Source: the human T2T-CHM13v2.0 reference genome, Homo sapiens
DNA: 64,000 nt
Direction: 5' to 3' (one strand)
NCBI RefSeq assembly: GCF_009914755.1
Contig: NC_060935.1
Shown here: piece by piece, positions 1 through 19,713 of the stretch
Numbering within the stretch: position 1 is the first letter of the stretch
Layout of the letters: each line of letters begins with the position of its first letter
Position numbers and translations under genes: made by a program
The notes under the pieces: generated by a model
Database searches by the model: none
What the model was told of the DNA's origin: nothing
Seen by the model: only the letters and a program-made list of their open reading frames with translations

Positions 1-2020
1 CTGTATCATGCGATGCTGTTTGATAGCATTTTACCCAGAGTAGAACTTCTTTCAAAATTGGAGTCCGTCCTTCCCCTCAAACCCTGCCACTGTTTTATCA
101 ACTAAGTTTATGATGGCGTAAATTTTTTGTTGTCATTTCAACAGTGTTTATAGCTTCTTCACCAGGAGTAGATTCTATCTCAAAAAACCACTTTTCTTGA
201 TTAACTGTAAAAAGTAACTCCTCATCCAGTCAAGTTTGATCATGAGATCACAGCAATTCAGTCACATCTTCAGGCTCCTCTTATAATTCTAATTCTCTTG
301 CTATTAAAACCATGTCTGCAGTTACTTCCTCCACTGAAGTCTCGAACCCCTCAAAGTCATCCATGAGGGTTGGAATCAGCTTCTTCCAAAGTCCTGTTAA
401 TGTTGATATTTTTATCTACTCCCATGAATCATGAATGTTCTGAATGGCATTCAGAATGGCGAATCCTTTCCAGAATGTTTTCCATTGATTTTGCCCAGAT
501 CCACCAGAAGAATCAATTATCTGTGGCAACTCTAGGCTTATGAAATGTATTTCTTAAATAATAAAACTTGAAAGTTGAAATGCCTCCTTCATCCATGGGC
601 TACAGAATGGATAATGTGTTAGCAGACATGAAAACATTAATCTCCTTGTACATGCCCATCAGCACTCTTGGGTGACCAGGTTCATTGCCAATGAACAATA
701 ATATTTTGAAAGAAATCTTTTTTCTAAGCAGTAGGTCTCAAGAGTCCTAAAATATTCATAAAACCATGCTGTAAACAGATACATTGTCATCCAGGCTTTG
801 ATGTACCATTTATAGAACACAGGCAGAGTAGATTTAGCATAATTCTTAAGGGCCCCAGGGTCTTCAGAGTTGCAAATGAGCATTAGCTTCAACTTAAAAT
901 CAGCAGCTGCATTAACCCCTAGTAAAAGAGTCAGTCTGTCCTTTGAAGCTTTGAAGCCAGGCATTGACTTCTCCTCTCTAGCTATGAAAGTCCTAGGTGG
1001 CATCTTATTTCAACAGAAGGCTGTTTCATCTATGTTGAAAATCTGTTGTTTAGTATAACCACCTTCATTGATGATCTTAGCTAGAGCTACTGAGTAACTT
1101 ATTGCAGCTTCTCCATTAGCACTTCCTGCTTCACCTTGCATGTCTATGTTCTAGAGGTGGCTTCTTTCCTTAAACCTCATAAACCAATCTCTGCTGTCTT
1201 CCAACTTTTCTTCTGCAGCTTCCTTACCTCTCTCAGCCTTCAAAGATTTGAAGAGAGTTAGGTCCTTACTCTGGATTAGGCTTTGGGTTAAGAGAAGGTT
1301 GTGGCTGGTTTGATCTTGCATCCAGACCAGTAAAACTCTTTCCGCATCAGCAATAAGGCTGTTTTACTTTCTTATCATTCGTGTGTTCACTGGAGTAGCA
1401 CTTTTAATTTCCTTCAAGAACTTTTCCTTTGCATTCACAACTTGGCTGACTGTTTCATGCAAGAGGCCTAGTTTTTGGCTTATCTTGGCTTTTCACCTGC
1501 CTTCCTCAGTAAGCTTTGTCATTTCTAGCTTTTGATTTAAAGTGAGAGACATAGGACTATTCTTTTCACTTGAACACCTAGAGGTTACTGTAAGGCTTGG
1601 CCTAATTTCATTATTGTTGTGTCTCAGGGAATATGGAGGCCCAAGGAGAGGAAGAGAGACTGGGAATGGCCAGTCAGTAGAGCAGTCAGAACACAAAACA
1701 TTTATCGATAAAGTTCACTATCTTATACGGGTACAGCTCGTGGTGCTCCAAAATAACTATAATAGCAACACCAAAGATCTCTGATCACAGGTCACCATAA
1801 CAGATATAATAATAATGATAAAGTTTGAGATATTGTGAGAATTACCAAAATGTGACAGAGAGACATGAAGTGACCACATGCTGGTGGAAAAATGGCTCCA
1901 GTAGACTTGATTGACTCAGGGTTGCCACAAACCTTCAATTTGTTTTTTTTTTTTTGTTTCTTTTTTTTAAATATCTATGAAGCACAATAAAGCAAAATGC
2001 AGTAAAGTGAGGTATGCCTA
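1..2020 (-). mobile_element. Tigger1 (TcMar/pogo) DNA transposon with decayed transposase, running off the left edge
   Basis: TIR-like gaggtatgcct at 2009-2019. Minus-strand fragments read SLTLNQKLEM and [37 protein letters not shown]. The start ATG is lost and the frame is broken. Confidence 0.92.
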
Positions 2021-2175
2021 CATACAGAAATATAATTGATTTTTTTGTGTATATTGACCTTATATCCCATGACCTTGCTAAATTAACTTATTAATTTTAG
2101 TATTTGTTTTGTAGATTTCTGATCATTTTCCACATGACAATTATGTCATCTGCAAATAAAGACAGTTTGACCATT
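2021..2175 (-). mobile_element. Old L1M ORF2 (RT) fragment next to Tigger1
   Basis: Minus strand encodes [12 protein letters not shown], the L1 RT motif. Confidence 0.75.
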
Positions 2176-2214
2176 TGGTATGGAAATGTATAAGAAATAC
2201 ATGAGCTATATTTA

Positions 2215-2520
<306 letters not shown>

Positions 2521-3183
2521 TTAAAGATAAGGAGACCAAGAAGCAAAAACACAAAGAAAACCATAATTTAAAAATAAAAATAGCTCTTAATTTTTTCATT
2601 GTTCCTTGAAAGAGACCTTACTGAGAATGTAGTTGGCTAGTTTGAACCTGGCCGAGTATTTAATTCCTCCTATTACTTTGTCTTTTCTATCATCTTTTGG
2701 TTTTTTCTTATATCTTTGAGAGTGCTGTCTGCTTTGATTCAACCTTCTCAACTTGGATTACTGTGAATTCTTTTTTTCCTTTATGGATACCTAGAAGTAA
2801 TTGTCACCTTTGAGAGTGGTGATACTCTCTCGGTGACTTTAGCAATCCATTTAATTTCACTGGGCGTCAGTTTCCACATCTATAAATGATAGGATTTTAC
2901 TATATTACTTTCTCAGGGCTCTTCCCAACTCCTTTGAGTTCTTCATCTTACCTCACAGTACATCAGAGGCAGGCAGGCAAGTACAAAAAGGGTGTTTTAG
3001 AGCTTTACTGTTATAGGATTTATTGTATTCCCTGTTATTTCATTGCGAATATGCTAGATAATTAAAAATCAATTGAGTTCATTATTAATTCTATGTATCC
3101 TCCAGGTTTGTCATTTATATCTGAGGCTCTTTGTTGAGTTTACTGTTAACTCATTTACATTTTTCTATAACTTATATTTCTAG

Positions 3184-3289
3184 GCTTCATAGAGCCCAGT
3201 GTGCAATTAAACAGACTCAGGTAACTGTTCAGAAAATTGGAAAGGAAATTGAAGAAAAACTAAGACTCACATCTACAAGCAATGAACTG
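3184..3289 (+). CDS. UVRAG: UVRAG coding exon (exon 7 by my numbering), 106 nt, start of coiled-coil domain
   Basis: ttctag|G acceptor and CTG|gtaggt donor. Translates (R)[35 protein letters not shown], matching human UVRAG as I recall it. Phase 2 to 0. Confidence 0.97.
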
Positions 3290-4829
3290 GTAGGTTTTTA
3301 TGTATTTACCTGTTTACACTTCTTGTTTTCTAAAGGAGAGTATCATATTCTTCTAGGGTTAATTTTAAAAAACGCTTTAGATCGTTTTTATCTTCTTAAT
3401 TGTCCACAGAGAGTTCTATTGGCATTTAAATGTTGGAAATAAACTTTCCCATCTGCTAATAATGTAACGCATGAAGTGCCTGCTTTATTCTGCTAGATGA
3501 AACTTTATATTACATAAAATTACTTAGAAGATAATTAACAGGCAGTTTTATTAATGTGAACTCTAAACATGAACTATATAGCGAATGAAAAATAGCCGCC
3601 AGGAGGAAAAAAAAAATGGGAGCTAATCTACTTTTGAAAGACGAATTTAAAAAGTATTTGGATTGAGCAAAACAGGCTGGTTTGTGGACAGTGATCTCTT
3701 TTGGGAAATACTCTTATTAAGGAGGCATTTCCAAAGAAATAGAAATCCTAACCCAAATGGGCAGATTTAAGATATTAGTATAATTTTGAGTTGTTTTTCC
3801 TAGTGGAGTGGAAAAATGTCTATTTTGTAATGAATATTGTGTTTTTCTAAGCACAATAGTGGGTATGGCTAATAAATTGAGCTTTTTTTTTTAAAAGCCA
3901 CTTGGGTATGAATAGCTTTTGAGGAACTTTGTGCTGTGGATTGGACTTAAAATAAAATTCAGATCTTCAAATTAAGTTCTAGATAAAATTATTTAAATAT
4001 TTGTTCGTGTGAACTCATTATCACAGATAGGCAGCATCTTCCTATTGTCATTTACACCCTTCTCAACTTAGCAGAGGGCCTTTATATCCCCAAATGAAAG
4101 CTTTTTGTTGCCTTGAAGATTTGCCCAAGATAATCATATAGTAGAAGTATAGAAAAGCAGCAATGCACTTAACCTTACAGAAACTTCTCTCTCATGGAAT
4201 TTGAAATTAATATATTAGTTCAAACTGTATACAGTTGCTGATTTTCTAGCTAGTGCTATAGCTGGCAGGTAGCAAACATACAAAATAGGATAACTGCAAT
4301 AGGTATAGTAGTAATTCTTATTATTCACTTGACTTTCCTTGTCTATAAAAACATCTTCCGTTTCAAAGGTGCTGTTAAACCACCTCTTGTTGTAACTTAG
4401 CCCCAGCAAGACTAAATTTCAGACTATAAATATATTGAAGGGGGAGGAAAAATCACTAATTTTAATTCTTTCTGTAGTGTATAAAAATGCTGGATTTTTA
4501 GAACCCTTGGGGAAAATTGCTGGGTTTTATTTTTGTTTTCCTCTCCCAAGGAAAGACTGGGAAATTAATTGTTGCATTAAATGACAGCATATGCTTTATC
4601 TCAGTGTGGAAAAATGTATTTTTAATCCTGTTTTTAAAGGAATATAAGTGGTGACATACAGAGCAAGGTAACAGAATGTGTGAGTTTAAAGAGGTCAAGT
4701 TCAGAGGTTCATTGTGTGTTTTTATGCTGCCTAGTCAACACAGAAGAAAAATCATTGGATTTTTGAACTGAACGTGAACCTAGAAATCATCTGGTTCCCT
4801 AATAACCCCATTCAAAACTATAGCCCCCT

Positions 4830-5046
4830 CAGTACATTCTATCCCTTTTCCTGCTTTATTCTGTATAATATTCATTACCATTTACCATGATACATATTTT
4901 GCATATTTTTCTCTCTCTCTAAGCTCTATAAGGCGAGGGGTTTTTGTCTCTCTCTCTTTTTTTACATTGGTGTATTTCCAGCATCTAGAAAAGTGTTTGC
5001 CACACAGTAGGTGCTCAATAAGTATTTGTTGAATTTAAGAATGAAT
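4830..5046 (+). mobile_element. L2 3' end fragment with MIR-like flanks
   Basis: acacagtaggtgctcaataagtatttgttgaat...gaatgaat is the typical L2 terminus. Confidence 0.65.
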
Positions 5047-5569
5047 CTAGCATAATGTCCTTTTATAATAGGACAGGAAAATGAAGCTTAAAGAAGGGAA
5101 ACAGCTTTCCCACAATCATTTGACAATAGAGATGGATAATTTGGTTTACTTGTTTCCTTTTAGAGAATAATGCCATCTACATGTTAATTAGTCAGTCACT
5201 TTGAGGTTTACCTATAGCATATTAGAAAACTTTACTATTTGTCTTTTTGCTCATTTACTTTTCAAATTGGCCCATGGCCATTGTATTCCAACCCATCCAT
5301 TTCCGATATTTAAGAAATCATTTTCATTTTAACCTACGTAAAAATGCAGCAAAGAAGGCATATTTGATGTTGAAAGAAATCAGATTACCTTCCAAGACCA
5401 TATATGATTAACTGTGTTATAAGAAATTGGGTTCATAGTTGGTGACTTTCAAAAATTTGGCATCTTCTCACATTACATCAATGCCTAATGTTTTTTGGCA
5501 TTTAATTTTATTTCTTATGAAATTTCTGCTGTTATCATTTTGAATTTTTACTTATGTTTTATAAGTTTT

Positions 5570-5700
5570 TTGTTTGTTTGTTTTGAGGTGAGATCTCACT
5601 ATGTTGTCTGGGCTGCTCTTGAACTCCTGGCCTCAAGTGGTCCTCTCACCTGAGCCTCCCGAGTAGCTGGGATTATAGACGTGTACCAGCATGCACAGTT
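5570..5700 (-). mobile_element. Alu monomer (FLAM-like)
   Basis: Single 7SL-derived arm with a T-rich tail. Confidence 0.8.
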
Positions 5701-6360
5701 TGTGTTTCAGATTTTGTCAGATTCCTTTCCTGTATCTGTTTAGATAAATGTATGTTTTTTCTCTTCTGGTATTAAGGTGAAATACATTGGTTGATTTTTT
5801 AATATTAAGCCAACTTTGCATTCCTAGGGAAAGCCCTCTTGGTCATGGTGAATTACTTTTTAATGCTCATTACTGGATTTAATTTGTTAAAAAATTTTAA
5901 AGAAATTGTGCATATGTATTTATAAAGAATATTGGTCTGTAGTTTGTTTCCTTGTAATCTCTTTGTCTCATTTTGTTGTCAGGGTGACGTTGGCCGCAAC
6001 TCACTTTTGGGAAGTGTTTTCTCCCTTTTTGTTTTCAGGAAAAATATGTGTAGAATGGGAATTATTTCTTAAATGTTAAGTAGAATTTGCATTGAAGCCA
6101 TCTGGGCCTGGAGGTTTTTTTGTGGGAAGGTTTTTGAACTGGAAATTCAATTTCTTTAATAATTTACCTTTTGCATTAACTTTTGTAGCTTGTGTCTTTC
6201 AAGGATTTGTCCATTTCATTTAGGAGGTCAGTCTTTTTACATTTAGCTATTCTAGCAGTTATGTAGTATTTTCTCTTTTTGTTCTAAATTGTATTTCCAT
6301 GATGAGCATTTTTCATATCCTATTGGATATGCATGCATCTTTTAATAAGTATCAGTTTAG

Positions 6361-6507
6361 GGCTGGGCGTGGTGGCCCACGCCTGTAATCCCAGCAATTT
6401 GGGAGGCCAAGGCAGGTGGATCACGAGGTCAGGAGTTCGAGACCAGCCTGGCCAGTATGGTGAAACCCCGTTTCTACTGAAAGTACAAAAAATTAGCTGG
6501 GTGTGGT
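6361..6507 (+). mobile_element. AluS left arm, abruptly 3'-truncated
   Basis: Left monomer plus A-rich linker, ending about 12 nt into the right arm. No tail or TSD. Confidence 0.88.
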
Positions 6508-6959
6508 TCTATAGTTCATTGTTTTGTATCACGTACGTAAGGGTAATTTTTTCCCCCTGCATGGATATCCGGTTGATTTAGCATCATTTATTGAATAGTC
6601 TTTTCATTCCCCATTTAATTGCCTTGACATGTTTGTTCAAAATCAATTGATCATGTATATGTGCATCTATTTCTGGATTTTCTTTTCTGTTCCATTGATC
6701 TATATGTCTGTATTTCCCCAATACCAAACTCACTTATTATCATAGATTTGTCATCTTAAAATTTGACAGGGTAAGTCTTCCAACTTTGTTAAAACTTCTG
6801 TGGTTTTTCTGGGTTCTTTATATTTCCAACTGAATTTGGGAATCAGTTTGTCAATTTCTACACACACAAAAAAAAGGTCTGATGGAATTTTGATAAGAAG
6901 CTGTAGATAAAATTGTGGAGAATTGCTATCTTAACAATAGTGGGTCCTTCAATCCGTGA

Positions 6960-7384
<425 letters not shown>

Positions 7385-9302
7385 TGAAGTGTTTTATGGG
7401 AGTTTTTTGGCAGGGGAGGCATTATTGCAAGTGGAATTGTTTTTAAATTTTTATTTCTCATTCGTTTGCTGCTAGTATGTAATAATACAATTAATTTTAA
7501 CTTATTAATCTTCTGTCTTGCAATCTTGTTATATTAACTTATTCATTATGCTAGTTATTTATAGTTTTTTGGGATTTTCTTTGTAAAGAATCATAACAGG
7601 AAAGTTTGCACAGTTTTATGCCCTTTATTTGATTTTCATCCAGTACAATGTTGGACAAAAAAAATAGTAAGAACAGGAATCCTCACCTTGTTCCTGGTTT
7701 TGAGGAGAAACAACTCATCATTTCTCTGTTAAATATAGTGCTAAGAATGCCCTTCATTAATTTTAGGAAGTTCCTCTTATTCCTAGTTTCTGAGAGTTTT
7801 TATCACGAATAGAAGATGAATTTTGTCAGATGGTTTTTCTATATCCATTGCAATGATCATATGGTTTTTTCTTTATTCTCTTAATGTGATTAACTTTTTG
7901 GTTTATTTTCAAATGTTTAACATTGCATTTCTGGAATAAACCTAAATTGATTATAATATATAATTATTTTTGTATTTTGTTGGATTTATTCTTATAAATT
8001 TTTTTCCTTCGTATTGTCTTGGATTTGCTTTGGTAATAATTTAAGGAATTTTGCACTTGTATTTATCAGGGATGTTGTGATACAATGTTTTGAATTGCGT
8101 TTTCAGATTTTGGTAGTAGGATTATGGTAGCCTGGTAAAATTAGTTGGGCAGTGTTCTTTTTTTCCTATTCCATCTTGCCCAGGAGCAGAAATCTGGACC
8201 TTTTAAATATTTTCTAGTTCTCTGCTGATATTTCATATCCTTTTATTCACTATAAGAATATTTCAATTTTTGTCGACATATATGTATGAGTGGCTTTAAA
8301 GTTTTTGTAATTCTAACATCTGGATCATCTTGGGGTTGGCATATGTTGGTTTTCTCCTCCCTAGAGAGTGAGTCACATTTTCCTGACTCTTCATATATTG
8401 GGTAATACTGCATAGTATTCTGGACATTGTGAATGTAATTTGGTGGAATCTCTGGATTTTGTTACTTTGTTCCAAAAAATGTTGATGTTTTTATTTTAGC
8501 AGGTAGTTAACTTGGTTAGGCTCAAACTGTCATGCCTGCAATGAACATTGGCTCAGATTACAGTGTAGTTCTTTTACTCTTAGGCACAAGCTTCTTTCTG
8601 TTTGTCTCATGCATGTGTAGTATAGGATTCAGTCAGAGACTTAGGTTGAATTTAAACAGAATTTGGGGTGCCCATTCTCTGCCTTCCTCTATTCTGGTAT
8701 ACTTGATTGCCTGACCATTTTTCCCTGGTTCCTCTGGTCAGAAAGGAAGTTGACTTTCTGTTGGAGTTTGCAGCCACCCTCAGGGAAAAGCCACAGAAAA
8801 GGGGAATTTCATTTTATTGGTTGTTTATGCCAAGTTCTGACTCACCTCCAAAATATGCCTGCCATTGATCAGTCTCAAGAACCCTCAAGTAGCAATTTTT
8901 GTATTTTATCCATAGTCTATATTTGTTATCCATAGTCTATATCTTCTATGAGAGGACCAGTTTGTTGCATACTTATTCTTTTACACCAGAAGCAGAGCTC
9001 CTGTACATTTTATTATTATATATTTTTGCTGTATCCTCCTGGCTAAATCCGGGTTCTAAGCCTGTTACTGCTAAGTCTGTGAAATTAATGGATAGGAAAT
9101 ATTTTCTGCGGAAATCTTTTCCTTTTCTTAGTGGTTGACTAGGTGTAGGTCCAGTAGAAACAACCTGTAAATGACATTTAAAAGCAGATGTGTTAACTTT
9201 TGGGACAGCTGCCACAATTTTAAAACCTTTTTTCTGATTGTTATTTATTTTCAATTTGGGGGGAAGAATTACTACAGGTGAAGATAAAATATACCCTAAG
9301 CT

Positions 9303-9697
9303 GTCAATTCTCAAAGTTATTGGTCTCAAGACCTCTTTGTACTCTTAAAAATCTCAAAGAATTCAGTAATACATTTTTATGAAAAATAAGCATATTTTTC
9401 TGAACAAAAGGTTTAATTAGCATTACATTGCTTAAATATTTTGTGAATTTAACTGCTATTAAGCTAATGTCTAGCCTAATAAAAGACACCTGGATTTTCA
9501 CATCTGCTTCTGCAGTGAATCTGTTGCAATATCGTAAGTCTCGCAGACTCTGGTAAACTCCATCATACACTTATGAGAAAATGAGAGTGGAAAAGAGGCA
9601 TACAGCTTAGTAATATGCGAATATGTTTTATCTTACAAGACTCTGTAAAGATGTCAGGAACCCTCACAATTCCCAGGAACATGCTTGAGGAACTTTT
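9303..9697. mobile_element. hAT-Charlie family DNA transposon relic (Charlie4a-like)
   Basis: ttctcaaag..ggtctcaagacc.ctttgtactcttaaaa and ctggattttcacatctgcttctgca motifs recalled from this family. Confidence 0.55.
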
Positions 9698-9756
9698 GAC
9701 CTAAGGCAAAAAGCTTTAGCTCCAATATGATCAATGTGAAGACACTTGTTCCATTA

Positions 9757-9899
9757 CTGGTTGAACATCTCAAATCAAAAATCCAAAATCCAAAACACTC
9801 CAATGAGCATTTTCCTTGAGCATCATATTGGTGCTCAGAAAGTTTCAGATTTTGTAGCATTTTGGACTTCAGATTTTAGGATTTGGCATATTCAACCTA
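9757..9899 (-). mobile_element. Tigger4a/MER46-type MITE, partial and palindromic
   Basis: Inverted ends ggttgaacat...atattcaacc. Homologous to the copy at 41467-41702. Confidence 0.8.
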
Positions 9900-10704
9900 T
9901 AATATGTTATTTATACGTTAGTCATCTTTCTGAAATGAATGTTTAACATTTCCCATTTTTTTGGCAGAGACTCATAAATAGGAATGTGTGTATCTGTGAT
10001 TTTCAGTTCACATATAGTGTTGTATAAAAACACTAAAATCTAATTAAATGTAATCTATTGGCGAAATATATGTGACATTACACTTGGAGTAAACAGATAA
10101 ATAGAACACTGAAACTCATTAGAAGATTATGGAACATTAAGATCTTTGAGCAGTTCATCTTTGATGCATTAGAAAGGAAGTAGAACTAGATCCCACATGG
10201 GTTTGTTTACTCATCAGAAATTGGAGCCAACAATTCTGGTTTTGAATGACTTGATATATTTCTGTAAATGAGCCAGTTTCTGAACATGGACCATAACACA
10301 AACACTATACATATGCCTTCCCATATTAATGTAGTATTTAGATTAACTTGTAACCTTAGTTCTTTAAATCTAGAAAACATATCTCAGTATGTACCCTGGA
10401 ATAGAGCAGGTTATCCTCCTAGCCAGGCATATCCCTGTGTTCTCTGAATATTTGCTTTTCTTTTTCTGTATTTTCTTTCTCTGCCCAGGTAGAATTCAAT
10501 TTACATATTTTGTGGAAAAATTCAAGTTAAGAAAGTTGAACACCTCACTCTTTGTGGGAAAAGATTGCTTCCTAAAGATTTTACCTATCTTTTTCCTCAG
10601 TGATGTAAGAACACCTTAGGCTTCTTGATTATACTATTGCATTGCTAAAGAAAACTCAGATTGTTTCTTCGTTCCTTTTTCTTTCATAATAAACAGCCTC
10701 ATTG

Positions 10705-11165
10705 ACTTTTTTTCCAATTATTTTTGTGGTAAAATACATATAAGATTTATGATCTCATTTCATTTTTAAATGTACAGCCCAGTGGTATTAAATACCTTCA
10801 GAATGTCATGCAACCATTATCACCATCCATCTCCAGAAGTCTTTTAAACTGAAACTGTACGCATTAAACACTAACTCCTCGCCTCCCTCTACTCCCAGCC
10901 CCTGGCAACTACCATTCTACTTTTTGTCTCCGTGACTTTGACTGTACTCTGAGTAACTCATATAAGTGAAATCATGCAGTGTATACCTTTTTATGGCTGG
11001 CTGTTTCACTTAGTGTAATGTCCTCAAGCTTCATCCATGGTGTAGCATATTGCAGAAATTTCCTTCCTGATTAAAGCTGAATAATACTGCATTGTATGTA
11101 TATACCATATTTTGCTTATCCATTCATTTATTGATAGACACTGGGTTGCTTCTGCGTCTTAGAAC
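10705..11165 (-). mobile_element. L1MB-type 3' end
   Basis: cccagcccctggcaac..ccattctactttttgtctc and gcttcatccatggtgtagca motifs. Confidence 0.75.
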
Positions 11166-12190
11166 CTTGTGGACTTTTGGTTTCTGTTTTTACAGTGGGG
11201 TGGCAGGGCAAAATGGCTTTTATCTCCAGTAGACCTAAATTCATAGAAAGTAGAGACCATTTCTCATTCATCTAGAAGCATGCAGTAGGGCCTTTATTGA
11301 TGTTTGGTTTGTTCAGGAAAATTGTTTAGGAATATTCTATGAAAGGCATATTTCATAGACCTTTCAAGCTAAATATAATAATGATTGGAAATAAGTTTTT
11401 CTGCTGTTTTCTCAGCTTGAATGTCTTTAACAGATGATCATACCATCTGTTTAGAATCAGTGTGTCAGGGATGAGTAAGAAAGCATCTTGGGTGAGAAAT
11501 GATGCTGTAAGTACTTTTAATACATTGCCAAAAATCGTTGTCCATGCCCGTTGCTTCAACGAGGCCATACCATGATGCATCTCACTGAGTTCCCACGCTT
11601 CCTCATTGTGAGTCAAATCAAGATACTAACCTTTTCCTTTTAAAGTTTTCTATCAGCTTATCCTGGATCCTGGTAACCTATTTATTTAATGGATGAGTTT
11701 TGTAGTTACAATTTTAATTGTTTACTTTATACCTTAGGAAGGAGATAAAAATTTACTAGCTATAACCAAATTGCTGTTTGCTTAAGATTTATGTCATAAA
11801 AAATGATGAAAAGTGTATTAGTGACACTGATAAAGACTAGGAGAGAAGACACATTCATAGTGCAGTAATTATGTGTGTGCACACATATGCAGGCACAGAC
11901 ATATTCATTTTGGGGACAGAATTTCAGATTTGTATCTGGAGGTAAATTCAGGCAAGGCTTTTGGAGAAAAAAAGAGGCTGAGTAAAGTTTAAGCAATGGT
12001 TTGATGTAGTATTTATATGGAAACGTAAGTTAACAAACAACAAGTTTAATTGTATCTCTGGCTGGTAGAATGGGTCAGGAATTTCATTTTATTAAATGTG
12101 TATTCAGTAAAATTGATTTTTAATGTAACTTAAAAAGTAAACTTTCTTTTTCAAGGTAGTTTTAGATTCATAGAAAAATTAGGCAGAAAG

Positions 12191-12547
<357 letters not shown>

Positions 12548-13431
12548 TTAAAACATCTTGTACTCGTGTGGTACAATTGTTATATTGATTAATTAATATT
12601 AATACATTATTATTAACTGAAGTACATAGTTTACATTAGGGTTTACTCTTTATGTTATACAGTTCTATGAGTTTTGACAAATGTATTATGTATCCATCAT
12701 TACAGCATCAAACAGAATAGTTGCATTGCCCTAAAAATATCCTATCCTCCACGTGTTCATCCTTTTCTCCCTCCTCTGGCAACTGATCTTTTTACTGTCT
12801 CTATAATTTTACCTTTTCCATGATTTCATATAGTAGGAATCACACAGTATGTAGCTTTTTCAGACTGGCTTCTTTCATTTAGCAATATGCATGTACAATT
12901 TCTCTTTTGATGGGTTGATAGCTCATTTTGTTTCATCACTGAATAGTACTCCATTGTATATATACCACAGTTTATCTGTTGACCTATTGAAGTATATCTT
13001 GGTTGCTTCCAAGTTTTGGCAATTATGAATAAAGTTGATGTAGACATTTGTGTGTAGGTTTTTGTGTAAACGTAAGTTTTCAGTATCCAGGTTAATATAT
13101 AAGAGTATGATTGCTAGATTGTATAGTAAGACTATTTTAGCTTTGTGAGAAACTGCCAGACTCTGCCAAAGTGGCTGTACCATTTTGCATCCCCACCTTC
13201 AATGAATGACAGTTCGTGTTGTTCCATATCTTTGCCAGCATTTGGTGGTGTGAGAGTTTTGGATTTTATTCTAATGGGTATGTAGTCGTATCACATTGTT
13301 GTTTTAACTTGCAATGCCCTAATGACTTACGATGTTAAACATCTTTTCATATGCTTGCCATCTATATATCTTCTTTGATGAGATACCTGTTCAGTTCTTT
13401 GTTGCATTTTTAAATTGAGTTGTTCATTTTC

Positions 13432-13842
<411 letters not shown>

Positions 13843-15514
13843 TGAGAGTTCTTTGTATATTTTGGAGACCAGTTCTTTATCAGATATGTTTTTTTGCATA
13901 GTTTTTCTCCCAGTCTGTGGCTTGTCTTTACTCTTAACACAGTATCTTTTGCAGATTTTAAAGATTTCCAAGATACCAATTTCTTTTTTCATGGATCTTG
14001 CTTTTGGTGTTATGTCTAAAAAGTTATCTCCAAACCCAGAGTCTTCTGTATTTTCTCCTGTGTTATCTTCTAGAAGTATAATTTTTAATTTCATGTTTAG
14101 ATCTGTGATCTGGTTTGAGTTAATTTTTTATGAACGGTATAAGACCTGTATCTAGATTGATTAGTCCCTCTCGCACTCACTCTGTTTCTTCCTTCTTTCC
14201 TTTCTTTTTTTGCATGTGGCGGTCCAGTGGTTTCATCATTTGGTGAAAAGACTGTCCTTTCTGCATTGAGTTGCTTTTGTTTCTTTGTCAAATATTCTTT
14301 GACTGTATTTGTTTGGGTATATTTCTAGGCTCTCTGTTCCATTTGATTGATCTGTTTGTCTGTTCTTTTACCCATACCACCCTGTCTTGATTACTATAGC
14401 TTATGGTAATTCTAGACATTGGCTACTGTCAGTCTTCCAACTTTGTTCTTCTCCTTCAATATTCTGTTGTATATTCTGGGTCTTTTGCCTTTATATAAAC
14501 TTTAGAATCAGTTTTGATATTAACAAAATAATTTGATGGATAATTGGATAATTTGATTCCACTTGTTCATTGCTGTTACACAGGAAGACATCTAACTTTT
14601 TATACTTATTAATTCTATATTCTGCAATCTTGCTATAATTGCTTTTTCTAGGAGGGTGTTTTTTTGTTTTGTTTGTCAATTCTTTTGGATTTTCTATATG
14701 GAAACAATAATATTATCTGCAGCCAAAGACAGTTTTATTTCTTCTTTCCCAACACGTGTAGCTTTTCTTTCTTTTTCTTGTCTTATTTCATTAGCTAGGA
14801 CTTCAGGTATAACTATGGTGAATAGGAGCGAAAGGGGATATCCTTGTCATGTTCTCAAACTTAGGGGATAAGCATCTAGTTTCTTACTATTAAGTATGAT
14901 GTTAGCTGTAGGTTATTTGGTAGATGTTCTTTACCAGTTAAGGAAGTTCCCCTCTTTTCCTAGTTAGCTGAAAGTTTTTATCATGAATCGTAGTTGGATT
15001 TTGTCACATGCTTTTTCTGCATCTATCAATATGTATGATCATACCATTTTTTCTTCCTTAGCCTGTTGATGTGATGAATTACATTAACTGCTCTTTGAAT
15101 GTTGAACCAACCTTGCCTACCCGGGATAAATTACATGTTGCCATGTTGTGTAATTATTCTTATACATTGTTGGATTTGATTTGCTAATATTTTGTAGTGT
15201 CTTTGGTTTTTGTGTTAGGGTGATGCTGGCTTCATAGAATGAATTAGCAAGTGTTCATCAACTTCTAATTTCTGGAAGAGATTCTGAAGAACTGGAATTG
15301 TTTCTTTTTTTTTATACTTTAAGTTCTAGGGTACATGTGCACAATGTGCAGTTTTGTTACATATGTATACATGTGCCATGTTGGTGTGCTGCACCCATTA
15401 ACTCGTCATTTACATTAGGTATATCTCCTAATGCTATCCCTCCTCCATCCCCCCAACCCACGACAGGCCCTGGTGTGTGGTGTTCCCCACCCTGTGCCCA
15501 AGTGTTCTCATTGT

Positions 15515-19650
<4,136 letters not shown>

Positions 19651-19713
19651 TATGATGTTAGCTGATTATTTTGCTCGTTAGTTGATGCAGTTTCTTCCTA
19701 GCATCGATGATCT

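Noticed and set aside
659-1696. Transposase-like ORFs as a domesticated TIGD1-like gene
   Set aside because: The start codon is lost and the coding sequence is split across frames. It is a decayed Tigger1 copy.
3092-3124. Alternative acceptor cctccag|G 78 nt upstream of exon 7
   Set aside because: Short pyrimidine tract, an in-frame TGA at 3122-3124, and no other support.
3131-3442. ORF-track entries 3131-3442, 25160-25405 and 49198-49416 as standalone genes
   Set aside because: They are UVRAG exons read through into introns. Canonical splice sites delimit the real coding parts.
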